Positions 52,273-64,000 of a stretch of 64,000 nucleotides of DNA are shown here, piece after piece. The number at the start of each line of letters is the position of its first letter. The stretch's first letter is position 1. This stretch comes from Marsupella aquatica (taxonomy: Eukaryota; Plantae; Marchantiophyta), in NCBI GenBank assembly GCA_973895155.1, contig OZ316892.1:14872861-14936860 (forward strand), written 5' to 3'. The position numbers and the translations under genes are program-made. The notes beneath the pieces were generated by a model. That model saw nothing but the letters and a program-made list of their open reading frames with translations, ran no database searches and was not told the DNA's origin.

Positions 52273-52830
52273 CTCCAGCTGTCCCTAGCATTGAATACCA
52301 CAACACCTCTCTCGCCCCCAACCCCCGCGCGGCACCTCCTCCTCCCCCTCCGTCGTTCTATCTTAGCTCACGGCACTTCCCTCCTCCTCCTCTTCTCCTC
52401 GTCCCTCCTCCTCTCCTACCTCTCTTCAACTACACACTCCTAAACAGACTACCGACTCCTCCTCTCATAAGTCCACAACTTTTTCCACACTCCACTGAAA
52501 GTTTATAACATAACCCCCGGATTGGAGCTTTCCTTCACAATAACACACTCCTACTCGATCTACGACTACGACAGCCCAACAAGTCCCTCTCACATTTCTC
52601 TCACATCGTCTCGGCGCACAGCAGCAGCAGCCTCCTCCCTCCTCTCCCCTCCCCTCCGCTCCCCTCCGCACCGCAGCTTCAATCCATCCCTTCTTTCGTT
52701 TTCGCTCCGGTCGCCATCCTCCCTTGCATCACGAGCAGCTGGCATAGACGGAAGGACACAACGGGCTGTGGTAGTGTCTTTAGCCAGCAGAAGACTGCCG
52801 CAGAGCAGTCAAGGACCCAGCTCGCCCGTT

Positions 52831-54811
52831 CCGTACGTACTCACCGCCACAGCTCTGTACATTTTCTCCGGTACTATCTTACGGGTGGGTACTCTCTGTC
52901 CAGACCAGACCAGACCAGCGCAGCGCAGCCTTCACTCTACCGTAGCAGACTCTCGCATAGTTGAGCTGAACTGGGCCGAGCTGAGCTGAGCTGAGCTGAG
53001 TTCATCCCAGGGGAGCCGGCTTTTCCTTATTAGAGTCTCGTCGTCGTCGTGTCTTCGTCTTCGTCCCTCGGCACAGACAGTCCACGGACAGAAGATCTAC
53101 GCCTACACTCCACTACTGGTAGTCTGGTACAACTTACTTCTCAAGAATAGTCAGTACTACTCGTTCTGTAGTGTACGGCAATTCCATTTTTTCTTCGCTC
53201 CCCTTGAAACTTCTTCACCCTCAATCCATAAGAACAGAAGAGGGGAACGAAGCAGGCAAGTTCATCAATCCCCTCCCCTCCCCTCCCCTCTCCTCTCCTC
53301 TCTCTCTCTCCTCGCCGTTTGTTGCCTTCGCTCGTCCGCTTCCACTCTGACTCCCACTGCAGCATAGCTTTCCGTTGCACGACGGAGACGAAAAGCGAGC
53401 GAATGAAATGATGCGGTGGGGCTGCAACAACGAGCACAGAGGGAGGAGCAAGAGCAAAGTTGAGGCGATTGACTAGTTTCGAACAACAGATCGAACTCAT
53501 TGGATACCCGTTTGCTGGCGGGCCGAGCCAAATGAGGTGTAGTAATAATATAATATGTAGTACTGTGCGGTACCTGTCTGTACCTCGCTGCTCGGCACCC
53601 GACATCCCCTTCTTCCCCTTCAATCAATTCACTACTAATGCACTCTACTCTACTCTACTCTACACTACACTACTCTACTCTACTATACTAGTCCGCCTAC
53701 ACACACCCTCTTCACCCATCCCGCTTTGCCCTCCGTACCGCAGTTACGGCTCTTATCACCCTGCCTCTCTTTGTCTCCTCCATGTTTTTCTTCCTGGAGG
53801 CGGGCAGGCGGACGGGCAGGGCCGAAGGGACTGGAATACTGGATCACTGGAGGTGTATGTATGTATGTACGTACATAGGTACTGTATTCAGTTTCGCTGC
53901 GGCCCGAGTGCTCGCGCAATCAGAAGCCTCGCCGGGCACCTGCTTCGGGCACGGTAGGCAGGCAGCTATACACACTCTACTACACACTAAACTCCCGCGG
54001 GAGGGCGGGCAGGGCGGGTTAGGGCGGGCAAAGGGGGGCAGACAGAGGAAGTGGGGCAGTGGGCAGAGGGCTGCTGCACTGGGCACCGCAAGTACGGGAC
54101 CACGCAGATCGGGCAGACCGAGATCGTACGACTGGTACAGGTGGTACTGCAGGCACATTGATTTGGGGCGCAGGCCCACCGACGACATCTCACAAAGGGC
54201 GCACCCGACATCTCGTCTTCACCAGCCCCCGCCGTACGGTCCTCCTAGGAGTAGTAGTAGTCTCTCGCTCTCTCGGGCAGCTACCCTCCGAACAGACCCG
54301 TACCGTACCGCCCGCACATTCAATTGCGCGCAGGCCCGGCGTGATTCATTGCAAGGCTGCAAACTCCCGCATAGTACCGCTCATGTTTGGATGCGCCCGC
54401 GGGGACTCTTGTAACCGTACTGAGGACCTCGCGCGAGACAGTGTGGTACGGTGAATCGGCAGACTTTATTCTATATTTATTTCTCCGTTTGCGGCCGTTT
54501 TCGGCATTTTCTTCTTTTCTCGACTCTGCGAATCTCTGCTACTTCTGCTGCCGTCGTATCTCTGCCGTTTTGGGAAAGCCGGGAATATGGCGGAACCGTA
54601 ATTGCCTCCGATATCCTCCCTCCCCCACCAATCACAGCTGACAATGCGTTGCCCAGTCCTCGCTTTGTGTTGGCCATGGGTGCCAAGTGCGCAATGCCAG
54701 TACTGTACTGCCCTCGACCATTATTGTGTCACATGCAATGCAGTGCTGTTTCGGGCGCCTCCCCAGTCCCCCTCCTCTTCGGCAATCTCCCAGGCACTTC
54801 ATCCACCGTAC
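52831..54811. promoter_or_regulatory. Cluster of SBP-binding GTAC/CCGTAC motifs upstream of SPL
   Basis: 28 GTAC cores counted by eye in ~2 kb, 10 of them as CCGTAC or GTACGG. GTAC is the established SBP-domain core. Confidence 0.65.
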
Positions 54812-57800
54812 ATTCGTCCATCATCCCTCTCCCCTCCCCCTCCTCATCAGTTTTCCCACTTTGTGGAGGCGGTTTCAGATTTGCAGCTTTTATTTCTTAA
54901 GGGGCCTCATCAATATTGTTGAGACTAATCTTCCCACCTTCTGGAGACGGTTTCAGATTTTCAGGGTTTAGTTATTAGGGGGACTCATTGCTGTTGCGAC
55001 TTGACTTGACGAATAAAGTTTCGTTCGGCATGGGCATGGAACAAAAGTGGCTCAGGATGGGGGAGATGGTCTGCACAATGTTTTGTAGAGAAACAACCGC
55101 TTCTTGTGCGGCTTTCCGGCATTTCAGACGCAGAGTTTTTTGGGTCCATTAAACCACACCTGCCACTATAAAAGCCTCATTCCATGGTTCACTACTCACC
55201 ATAAAAGGTGTAACACTAGCACCTTTTGTGGAGTACTTGCCAAAAAAAACTTTTGCAATCAGCACCTTTTGTGGAGCTCAAAGTCCATTTCTGAACTTGT
55301 ACTCTACAAAATGAGAGCTACAGGTTACCTGTAGCCCTTTATAGGGGCAGGTGTGGTTTAAGAATTGCAGATCCCTCACTTCTACTGTCTGTTACTTGCT
55401 ATGGTGGCCACTTGCAGAAATTGCTGTGTTTCACAGGCAGTCTCCATGTTTGAGTCCCCCTATTAGTGTGCTGGCTCGCTGTTTCTCTTTCACCTCATAC
55501 TCCTTGCTTGCCCACACACCTAAGGTTTGTCTTCCCATGACTGCATGAACAAACTAGAACATCAATAATACTACCAGTCCTTGAGGAACAAGATTCCTCC
55601 TCGTTCATCCTAAGGGTGGCTTTACTATGCTTAGGGGCCACTTGTGATTTTGTTCCAGCAAAGGAAGGAGGCTGGAGTGCCACTTCTTGTTGTAAAGATA
55701 GACTCCAGACCAAATGTCCTTTGAAATTAAACTCACTAAATGCAAGTCCCCCTTGAATGAAGGAGCCAAAGGTTGGAAATGTTAATAAGCACTCCACATC
55801 AAACATTTACTTGGGCCCACTGTTTGCCATGGCGGATCATTAGACACCATATCTGAATGGGCCCCTGAGTTCTTGTAAAGCCTCATTATGTGATCCAGAT
55901 TTTTAGTCTCAGAGAGGGAATAAAATTAAAAGAATTGTCACACGATCAGGATTCTCAGAGGGAATAAATAGAAGCAATGGGCCCAGCATGTTGTAAACCC
56001 ACCCTGAGGAGCAGGACCATAAGTACGAACAATGCCCACAACTTTTGCCTGAAGATGTTGGAACAACTTACCACTCATGAACTTGCTGGCATCATAATAA
56101 TAAGTAATACAGTAAGCTCTTGGCCATGAACCGTGTGGGGACAAGGAGTCATTGCCAACAGATTCATGAAGTCGAGGAAGGCAGGCACATGAAAACCGCA
56201 CACCAGTACAGCAGTAGTGAGTTGGAGTGTTGTCGAGGCTGCTACTAACAACCCCCTCAAAAGAGAGGTTGGTTCCTTCCACTATTCACGTTTCATTCTC
56301 CGACTGTTTCAGTCCAAAAGCGAAAAGAAGGAGACAAAATCTTCCTCGGGATTTTAAATTTCCGTCCTCTCATGATCCTCTCTGCTAGAGTTTCAGGAAG
56401 GGATCAGGGGCAGCAGTGGATAGAGTTTCTTTCATTTCGGCTCAAAAGGGAAAAAGGCAGGACATCATATTCTGTACCTTGGCACCTTACCATTCCTTTT
56501 TAAGCAAGTCATGCGGAAAAATGCTATCTATATCTGGGAGATATGTGCACAGCATGAGCAGTAAAGTGTGATGAGAGAGAGTGATATAGAACAACAACAT
56601 GACTGTTCTCCAGGATTGGTGAAATTGGGGGATCAAGAGTGTGCCGTGTTGTGTACTTGAGCTCCGTACTTTGGAACAAGGTAGCACCGCCCCTGGGGCT
56701 GCTGCTGGCCCACACAATACATTCTACAATGGATCATTACAGAGACAGAATAGTCCCTTCCCGACATTGCAATTGAAATATTCGAATTAAGAAGTTTTGT
56801 ACTTCAGCTCTGTACTTGTGAATGCCACCCGTGCTGCATGCTGATGCCCCCCTTAAGGTACCAACATCGACATCGGAGGCTTGTAATTTCCAAGGTTGGG
56901 GGATCAAAAATTTGTCATCCCCCTTATGACCGAAAAGAAGGACATGTTTGTCATGCACACAACTTACTAATCAGAGTTGTCCGTCCTTCCGAAAACAAAC
57001 GAATTAAACCAAAAAAATAACCAAAACTTAATAATAAACCACTTCATGTAGGGCATGCGTGGCCCATCAAAACTTATGTTCCTTTTGGTACAATGGGTCT
57101 CTCATTGTTCACACGTTGTTAGGAATGTACAGTCGTCTACCCTGCCCCCACTTCACTACACCGCAGCCCTGGAGGGATAGTAAATTGTCACCTTGATTTA
57201 TCAAATATTATGAATTGCAACTATTTTTACATTAACCACTACAATATCACACGTCACCTGGAATAATCTGATGGTTTCCATGGCCTGGGGTTTGCAAGGG
57301 CAGAATTCCGCCCTCTGCAGATTCCATTCCCACCCTTGCCTCCCTATTTACCAAGTGCTCTCATCCACCCTTGTCGTAGTCCCCCCCTCCCCCCTCACAC
57401 ACACACTTTTCTCCAAGAGTAATGGGAATTGTCAGATTCTCCAATATGGGCCTAGGATCTTCTCATCTAGCCAAGGTTAAGCCACTTAACCCATGGCTGG
57501 AAAAGGTGGCAAGTAATGATATTGACACAAAAAAGTGGCAATCTAGTAGAACCCAGTTAGAACAATATGCCCCTATACGTCCTTGAGACTCAGAGCTATG
57601 AGGAAAATATTTTCATTATAAATAGACTGGAGACCAAACACACATATATAAACATGCAAGGCACTAGAACCCCATTGGCACACGCAACCAGATACACGAG
57701 AATTGAACAGATACGGTCACTTGAGCCAGATAGTAAGACACAAAGGGAAACTTCCTACCAGGAAAGGTGCAAGCAAACTCCTCGAAACAATTGTGGGTCA

Positions 57801-59791
57801 AGTCAAAATTCGAGTTGAAACTGTGAACTGACCAATTCACTTTTCAGTTGATTGGGATATCTCTATTATATAACACATTTGAAAAAATATACCACATAAA
57901 AACTGAAGTTACTCCAGACCAACAAGATTCTCAATTTGGACCACCGGAACCAGCATCAGCTACTTTGAAATGTTATTTTATTCAAATATTGTCTTTCCGT
58001 CTGTACTAGTGCTCCCACTTTTTTCCATATATATCATGTTGCACCTAACCGGACGACAGGAGTTTTGGTGTCAAGTACTTGATCTATTTGAGTCCTGAGA
58101 TCAAATGTCATATTATCCGCCAAACATTAGATAGCTAATTTTTCCAGAAAAAAAAGTTTAATCAGACCTTGAGAATTTCACGTATGTTTAATGCAAACCA
58201 TAGGGTTGTTCTAAAAAGGCTCTGCAGTTGTAAACTACCCCTAAAAGATAGTACACACCAAGCTGGAAGATTCCAACCCAATACACCAAGTTACTATCTA
58301 GGTCTTTGATAATTGTTGGATTGTTGGGCTCAAGATCTACTATGAATTACAACCAATGGATCCAGAATTTGAAGCCCAGATGGGCCTCCCAATTTACCAA
58401 AATGCTCAGAAATATGTTGGCAATTCAAAAGGACTGCAGCAAAAGCCTTTTCTACTCATATAAAACATATTACAGTGATGAGTGAAATGTGGCAAGGAAA
58501 AGAGATGGACATCTTTGGAAACTTCTAGGTCACTGTCTCAATGATATTTCACTATATTAAGTTCATAGGAAAGATATTCGCAAGCTATTTCCAACCAACC
58601 CAAAACAATGAGATTCAATTGGATGTTGAGCGAGATACCTAATGTCTAAGTTAGGTGCTCAAAACTTGCGGAAGCACAAAGTGTGGACAGTAAGTGAAAG
58701 AGGAGTCTTTAGAAGTGCTTAACTCTCTCAATTCTTCATGAAAACTCTAGATGTCAGACTGGTTAGAAAGTATTTCCAAGACACTTCTACCAAGCCAGAG
58801 AAGAGCGCATACCCTTGGATATCAAACGAGGTATTGAAGGTCAAACTCTCCTGGTGAAACCTTTTGGAAATGAAAGGGTGTGGATGAGCGCAGGTGTAAA
58901 AGGTGTCATAGTGCATGAAGGTTACATGGTTCACGGGCTCAATTCATGGGGCTATTATTTGCAATGGATCCTGGGACAATAAATAGTCTTTCAATTCCAA
59001 AAAAATACCTATGGATACCCTCAAATTGTTTAGAGAAGTTTGCATGTACCAACCTTGCCTAGTGGGATCGAGTTTTCCCATCTTTTCTTTACTCTCTTGC
59101 ACTAGTGACTCATGCTCGACCAACCAGGCATATCATTCAAACTATTTGGTCCTCAATTCATTTTGACTTCTTTTGGTTCAGAAGTATATGCTAACATATA
59201 CTCAGCTAATTTAAGCGGGATGTAGCTGACTGCGGCCATCTCTTAAAAATACAATCACATTGTAGGTATATAGATATGTCACAAACGTAGGCCTGGGCTT
59301 GTGCTACGGTACGTGGTACTCTCTTGAAATGTGCAGCTAATTCGGCCACCTAACTAATGTATGTTCTGGTATTTCATCCAGTGCAACTTGTTCATTTCTT
59401 AAGATCTTTATCTATGTTGCATTCTGACAAGAAATAAATTTTGTTTTTGGATCAAGTTTTATAAGATTGAGCTGGAGAACTCAGAAAAATAACATTTCTA
59501 GGTTTGACTTAACTTGGTGTGCTTTTTCATTTCATTTTCTAAAGGGCTTGATGTGTTATTGATTAATCCTGAAATGGTTGAAGAAGCAAGAGTGAACCTT
59601 CTTCTACTTGAGAGCTACTTAGGCACCATATCAACTTAAATAAACTTTGTGACAATCTCTATTGGTTCAAGCCAACTTTGGAGACTATGTGGAGTGTCCA
59701 CTTCAAGTGGACACTCACAAAAAAGTTTGGCAATATCTAGATGAATAATTTATACAATTTAATCAAGTTGACCACCACTGAAATGTGACTA

Positions 59792-60774
59792 CCGTCTTCC
59801 CCCGAACACAACGCCAAGGCGCTATAATCAAATAGTGGGCCAGGGGGGCACCATATTCAAATATAGCGCCCTAGGCATTGTGTACAAATTTTGTCACATG
59901 GTTTTGGATCTTTTCACTTGCGGCACTGTGTTCCAAAAATGGTGTTGTGTATGAGTTTGACATTGTGTTAGAGTTTAAGCGTTGTGTATAAGATTAGGAG
60001 ATTAATTTATGGTGTGAGCACGAATAAAAGTCAGATTAAGAACTGTCTTAAAGAAAGTGTTTGGCAATGTGTAGGTAATTCAAGCACTGAAATTATACAA
60101 GGGAAGAGAGCCAAGAGAGCCAAGAGGATCTCTGTCCTATTGTGGAAAGGAAAGCCTGGCACAAATTTGATGAACCGATTTATATGAGATAAGTCAGCAT
60201 ACGAGTTTAGAGATTCATTATTGATTCAACTTTGTGCGTGTGCACATTTATGTAAGAAGTTTCACAAGGAATAAATTTGTCGAGTGCCCTTTCAATCTAG
60301 TATGTGTGTCTGAGCTTTTGCTCTAGAAATTGTTGTGACTATTGCTACAAATGTTGCAAAAACTGTGGACAACTTTTTTTGTTCAGTTTTGCTTCAGCTT
60401 TCAATGCAGCAGGACACACAAAATAGGATCTCCTTCAAACACAGAGTGCAATTTTGAACACAACACCAACTATTCAAACACAGCGCCAACTTTGAATCTC
60501 TCAAACACAGGGTGCAATTTTGAAGACAACAACAACCATTCAAACACAGTGCCAACTTTGAATCTCTCAAACACAGGGTGCAATTTCAAACACAACGCCA
60601 ACTTTGAATCTCTCAAACACAGGGTGCATTTCAAACACAATGCCAACTATTTAAACACAGCATCAACTTTGAATCTCTCAAACACAGGATGTAATTTTGA
60701 ACAAAACGCCAACTATTTGAACCCAGTGCCAACTTTGAGCACAACGCCCGGGCGTTGTGTTCGGGGGAAGACGG
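59792..60774. mobile_element. Non-autonomous Tc1/mariner-pogo-type DNA transposon (~983 bp), TA TSD, perfect 24-bp TIRs
   Basis: TA|CCGTCTTCCCCCGAACACAACGCC (59792-59815) ... GGCGTTGTGTTCGGGGGAAGACGG|TA (60751-60774). An internal subterminal array at 60430-60750 is built from TIR-like AAACACAACGCC/TCAAACACAG units. Confidence 0.9.
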
Positions 60775-61916
60775 TAACAATACCAGAAAATCTAGCTTTG
60801 ACTATCATTGGCACAATTGTACCTATCATGATTTTTATTCAATTCAAGTTATGCTGTATCCACTAGATTTGGTGAACCTTAGCCTTGTCAGTTCACTGCT
60901 TGAAATTTTAAAAACCAGGTGCAAATGTGTCTCAATCAAATCTGAAGTAATGTCGGATGGACCACAAATATTAGCACTAATACATAGACAACGTGTTTTT
61001 TGTTTATGTCCAAAATAATGCTTTTCAATGGTCAGGGTCTGATGCAGAGAGCCATCTGAGCATTTTGTCAATTATTGTGGTCCATGGGAGCTACAGTTTC
61101 ATCAAATGTTCTGAATGTTTTTTTGTAAATATATTCAAAATCATATAGGAATACAGCTTATGTGTGTTGCAATGCCTGATTGGTTTACAAATAAAATCTT
61201 ATTATTTAAAATATTGGGGTAGTGGCTGTAACTCCACTTGACACCAGTATAATAAGCTACACTGTTAGCTGCAATTAGTCCTTGGTAAGGCTATTTAGAA
61301 CAGTCTAGATCTCTATTTAGAATCATTTTAATTGTATGGATAATTTTATAACAAGTATTGCAGTCGATAATGCATCTCTGGTCCATTACGGAAGATGTCC
61401 CAGCCTACATAGTTTCATCCAAACCTGCATCCATAGAATGTTTGCCTTCACCAAGAAACCTTCAATTTAAGTTTCACAACAAGCTCATGCTTCTTGCTGT
61501 TTCAAAATACTTACAAACTGAAAATAAGTCCAAAATCTAGATAACCAAGTGCCCAAAGATGGAGGAGAAAATCAAAGGAGACTATCAAAGAGTGGACCAT
61601 GGAGCACCCAAATAAAATATTTGTAGATGGACATTGTTTTGTAGAGACCTAAACTTTGTTAAATGAACATTGTTTTCTCTACCTATTCACTATATTTGTG
61701 AGAGGTCAACCATATAAAATCTCTATCTCAAAATTGCCATGTCAGTTGCATGCATAAGCAGAACCCATTGTCACACCAGAGCGTAAACTGGAGTAGAACT
61801 GTCTTGTTGGGGAGTGATCCTCTTCCATCAACTCTTGAACTAATTGATTAAAGGCTTCTTTGAGCAAGATTTTAAATACTTGAGGCTTGAGGAAATTCAA
61901 ACATGATCATCAAATA

Positions 61917-62358
61917 CAGTCCACCGTGTCTAAGTGCAGGCTCCTGGGAAGACACTCCAAGCCTGCAGTTATACACGTTACGCACTTCATCAGACGTGGA
62001 TGTTACACTTTCCCATTAAGTGCATATGAAATCGCTCATGCACTTCCACAAATGTCTTGTCAGGTCATACCCAAAATCTTTGTGTGCATGATTCAACTGG
62101 ATAAGTGCATGAAATTACAATGTGCAGTTGTCTGCACACTTATCAATAAATGCTTCTCACATGTGTGTTGCAGTAATTGATTAATGCATCTGTAATCTTA
62201 TAGACTAAAATGCGTATTTGTTGTTTAGGGATGGGCAACCTGCACTTACAAAGGGTACTTTTACAAAAAAAAATGTTTTATTATTGAGGGACTACACTAC
62301 CACCCTGAGTTACCCATGGAATGCAGTTATACACACTGCAGTTATCCACGGTAAACTC
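61917..62358. mobile_element. Older Tc1/mariner-like MITE (~440 bp) with a degenerate right TIR
   Basis: Left end TA|CAGTCCACCGTGTCTAAGTGCAG. Right end CTGCAGTTATCCACGGTAAACTC|TA matches the reverse complement at 19/25. Internal TGCA(G/C)TTA subrepeats. The same left end recurs exactly at 10702-10727. Confidence 0.6.
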
Positions 62359-63799
62359 TACTGTTACCTTCCATTGATTGTTGACCACTTCAACTATACG
62401 AGGGATTGGTACCTTGTACATAGACATTCTAGGGATTCCATGCAATCTTCAAAGTGTAGAATTTATGAACCTATTTGGGACCACCAGGTCTCAAGTTCAA
62501 GCCCCTCTCTCAGTGGGTGGTGGTGGAGGGGTAGTTTAGGGGTAGTAAGTGTATAGGCCACTATGCCCTCCAAAATCACTTGCAGATGAAATAGTTCCAT
62601 ATCAAACAAAAAGTTTGGACCTTATATGTTGGTTACTCATCATCTTCAGAGTGCTTGATGGCTTTCCTCCCCTCTCACGATCTCCACAAAAAAGACGGTA
62701 GTATAGATGAATCCACACTAGCTTGAATGTGTTAGTGTATTCCTTAGCTTTCCCCTAGCCTAAGTTGCAAATGATTGGATGACCTCAAAGGTTTGTTTAT
62801 AAAATAGAAATATTTGTGGAAATAATTAATTTATATATACATTTATATAATTTAATTTTTTATAAAATAGATATATTTCTTGAAATATTAGTTTTATATC
62901 CCCGTAACAAGTCCATTCCAAAAGTCCTGGCCTAAAGCTTCATCACATCAGCCATTTCCCCCACAAACAAAAACGGTAATTTTGCGGCAACAAATAAACA
63001 CAGCCCTTCATGTTTGTTACTATGCCAGCAAAAATTGTTAGACCTGAGAATGGTGAAAACTTAATGAAACTGGAAATTAACATCTACATCTATTCTATTG
63101 AATTTTGCTCATTTTAGTCCTTCATCCGGTTACAAAATGCATTTGGCAGGAATGAATGACAATAGTTAGATAGTCTGGGTGATTTTTAGTAACCATTTGA
63201 TTATTAATTTTGTGATCAAGGTACACATAAACACATAATTAGATTGCAATAGCCTAAGTGAGAACAAGAACATAGTACAATTATCAATTATACTAGATTG
63301 TCCTTTTTACTTTCCATGGGACTACTTTCCCATGGAGACTACAACTCCACAAGGGTGCGTTATTTCATTATATTCTCATCTCATAAAGATAAAGCACTAT
63401 CCAAAGATAAGGGAGAAGGTAGCGAGAAATTGAGGAGGAGTGCTAGATAAAGGAAAAAAGGAACAAAAATTGAGGAAGATAAGTATGACAAAAGTAGGGA
63501 AAAATAGAGAAGAGAATAAAGTGATATCATTTTGTATTTTCCTAAAACTTGCGTAGTTCTTTAGGGTGATCATGCTACGACTCTGTGATATAATGGCACT
63601 GTCACCCATCTTGCATCTTCATGTTCTCACCTTAATCTTCCTCAAAAATAACACGTTCACAATAATAACCAAAATGACAACATTTTTGTAACAATGACAA
63701 GCGCCATCAAACAATGATACTTTGCATTCTACATTGTTTTTGCGGCACATAAGGAATGAGTTTGCTTGTAGGTTTTTGTGTTTCCTTGATGACTTCCTC

Positions 63800-64000
63800 T
63801 CACCTCAACATTTTTTTCTCCTTTCAACATCTTTCTTCACCTCAACATCTTCTGTGCAATGCACAAGCACTTTTTGTGTTCCTTACCTCACCACGACATC
63901 TTTCTCTCACTTTCAACATTTTTTTTTCTCAACATATTTTCCTCATCTCTACATGTTTTTCTCACCTTGCCATCTTTTCTCTCCTCAACATATTTTTTTC
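63800..64000. repeat. Degenerate pyrimidine-rich tandem repeat (CTCAACAT-T/C-rich units), running off the window end
   Basis: Repeated CACCTCAACAT, TTTCAACAT and CTCAACATATTTT units. Confidence 0.6.

Noticed and set aside
53141-54971. Several 100-210 aa ORFs upstream of SPL
   Set aside because: Low-complexity GC-rich regulatory sequence with overlapping frames on both strands and no protein motifs.
60342-60866. 174-aa repetitive ORF or CRISPR-like array
   Set aside because: Lies in the transposon's subterminal repeats; units are degenerate with no unique spacers, there are no cas genes, and the context is eukaryotic.

Overview
Eukaryotic land-plant nuclear DNA, probably a bryophyte such as a liverwort (inferred from gene style, not proven). 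No prokaryotic systems or CRISPR arrays were seen. In order along the window: a decayed full-length Ty1/copia LTR retrotransposon (98-4376) flanked by an unusually long 35-bp direct repeat; a VAMP72 R-SNARE (-); a URI/RMP prefoldin-like gene (-); a 15-exon 2OG-Fe(II) dioxygenase with a single +1 frameshift (-); a two-RRM Gly-rich hnRNP A/B-like gene (+); a divergent, intron-rich PUT/LAT polyamine/amino-acid transporter (+); a miR156/529-targeted SPL (SBP-box) transcription factor (-) whose upstream region is packed with SBP-binding GTAC motifs; two Tc1/mariner-pogo-type non-autonomous elements; hAT remnants and several tandem repeats. Exon structures were built by hand from splice signals, reading-frame phase and remembered family motifs; no database searches were run.
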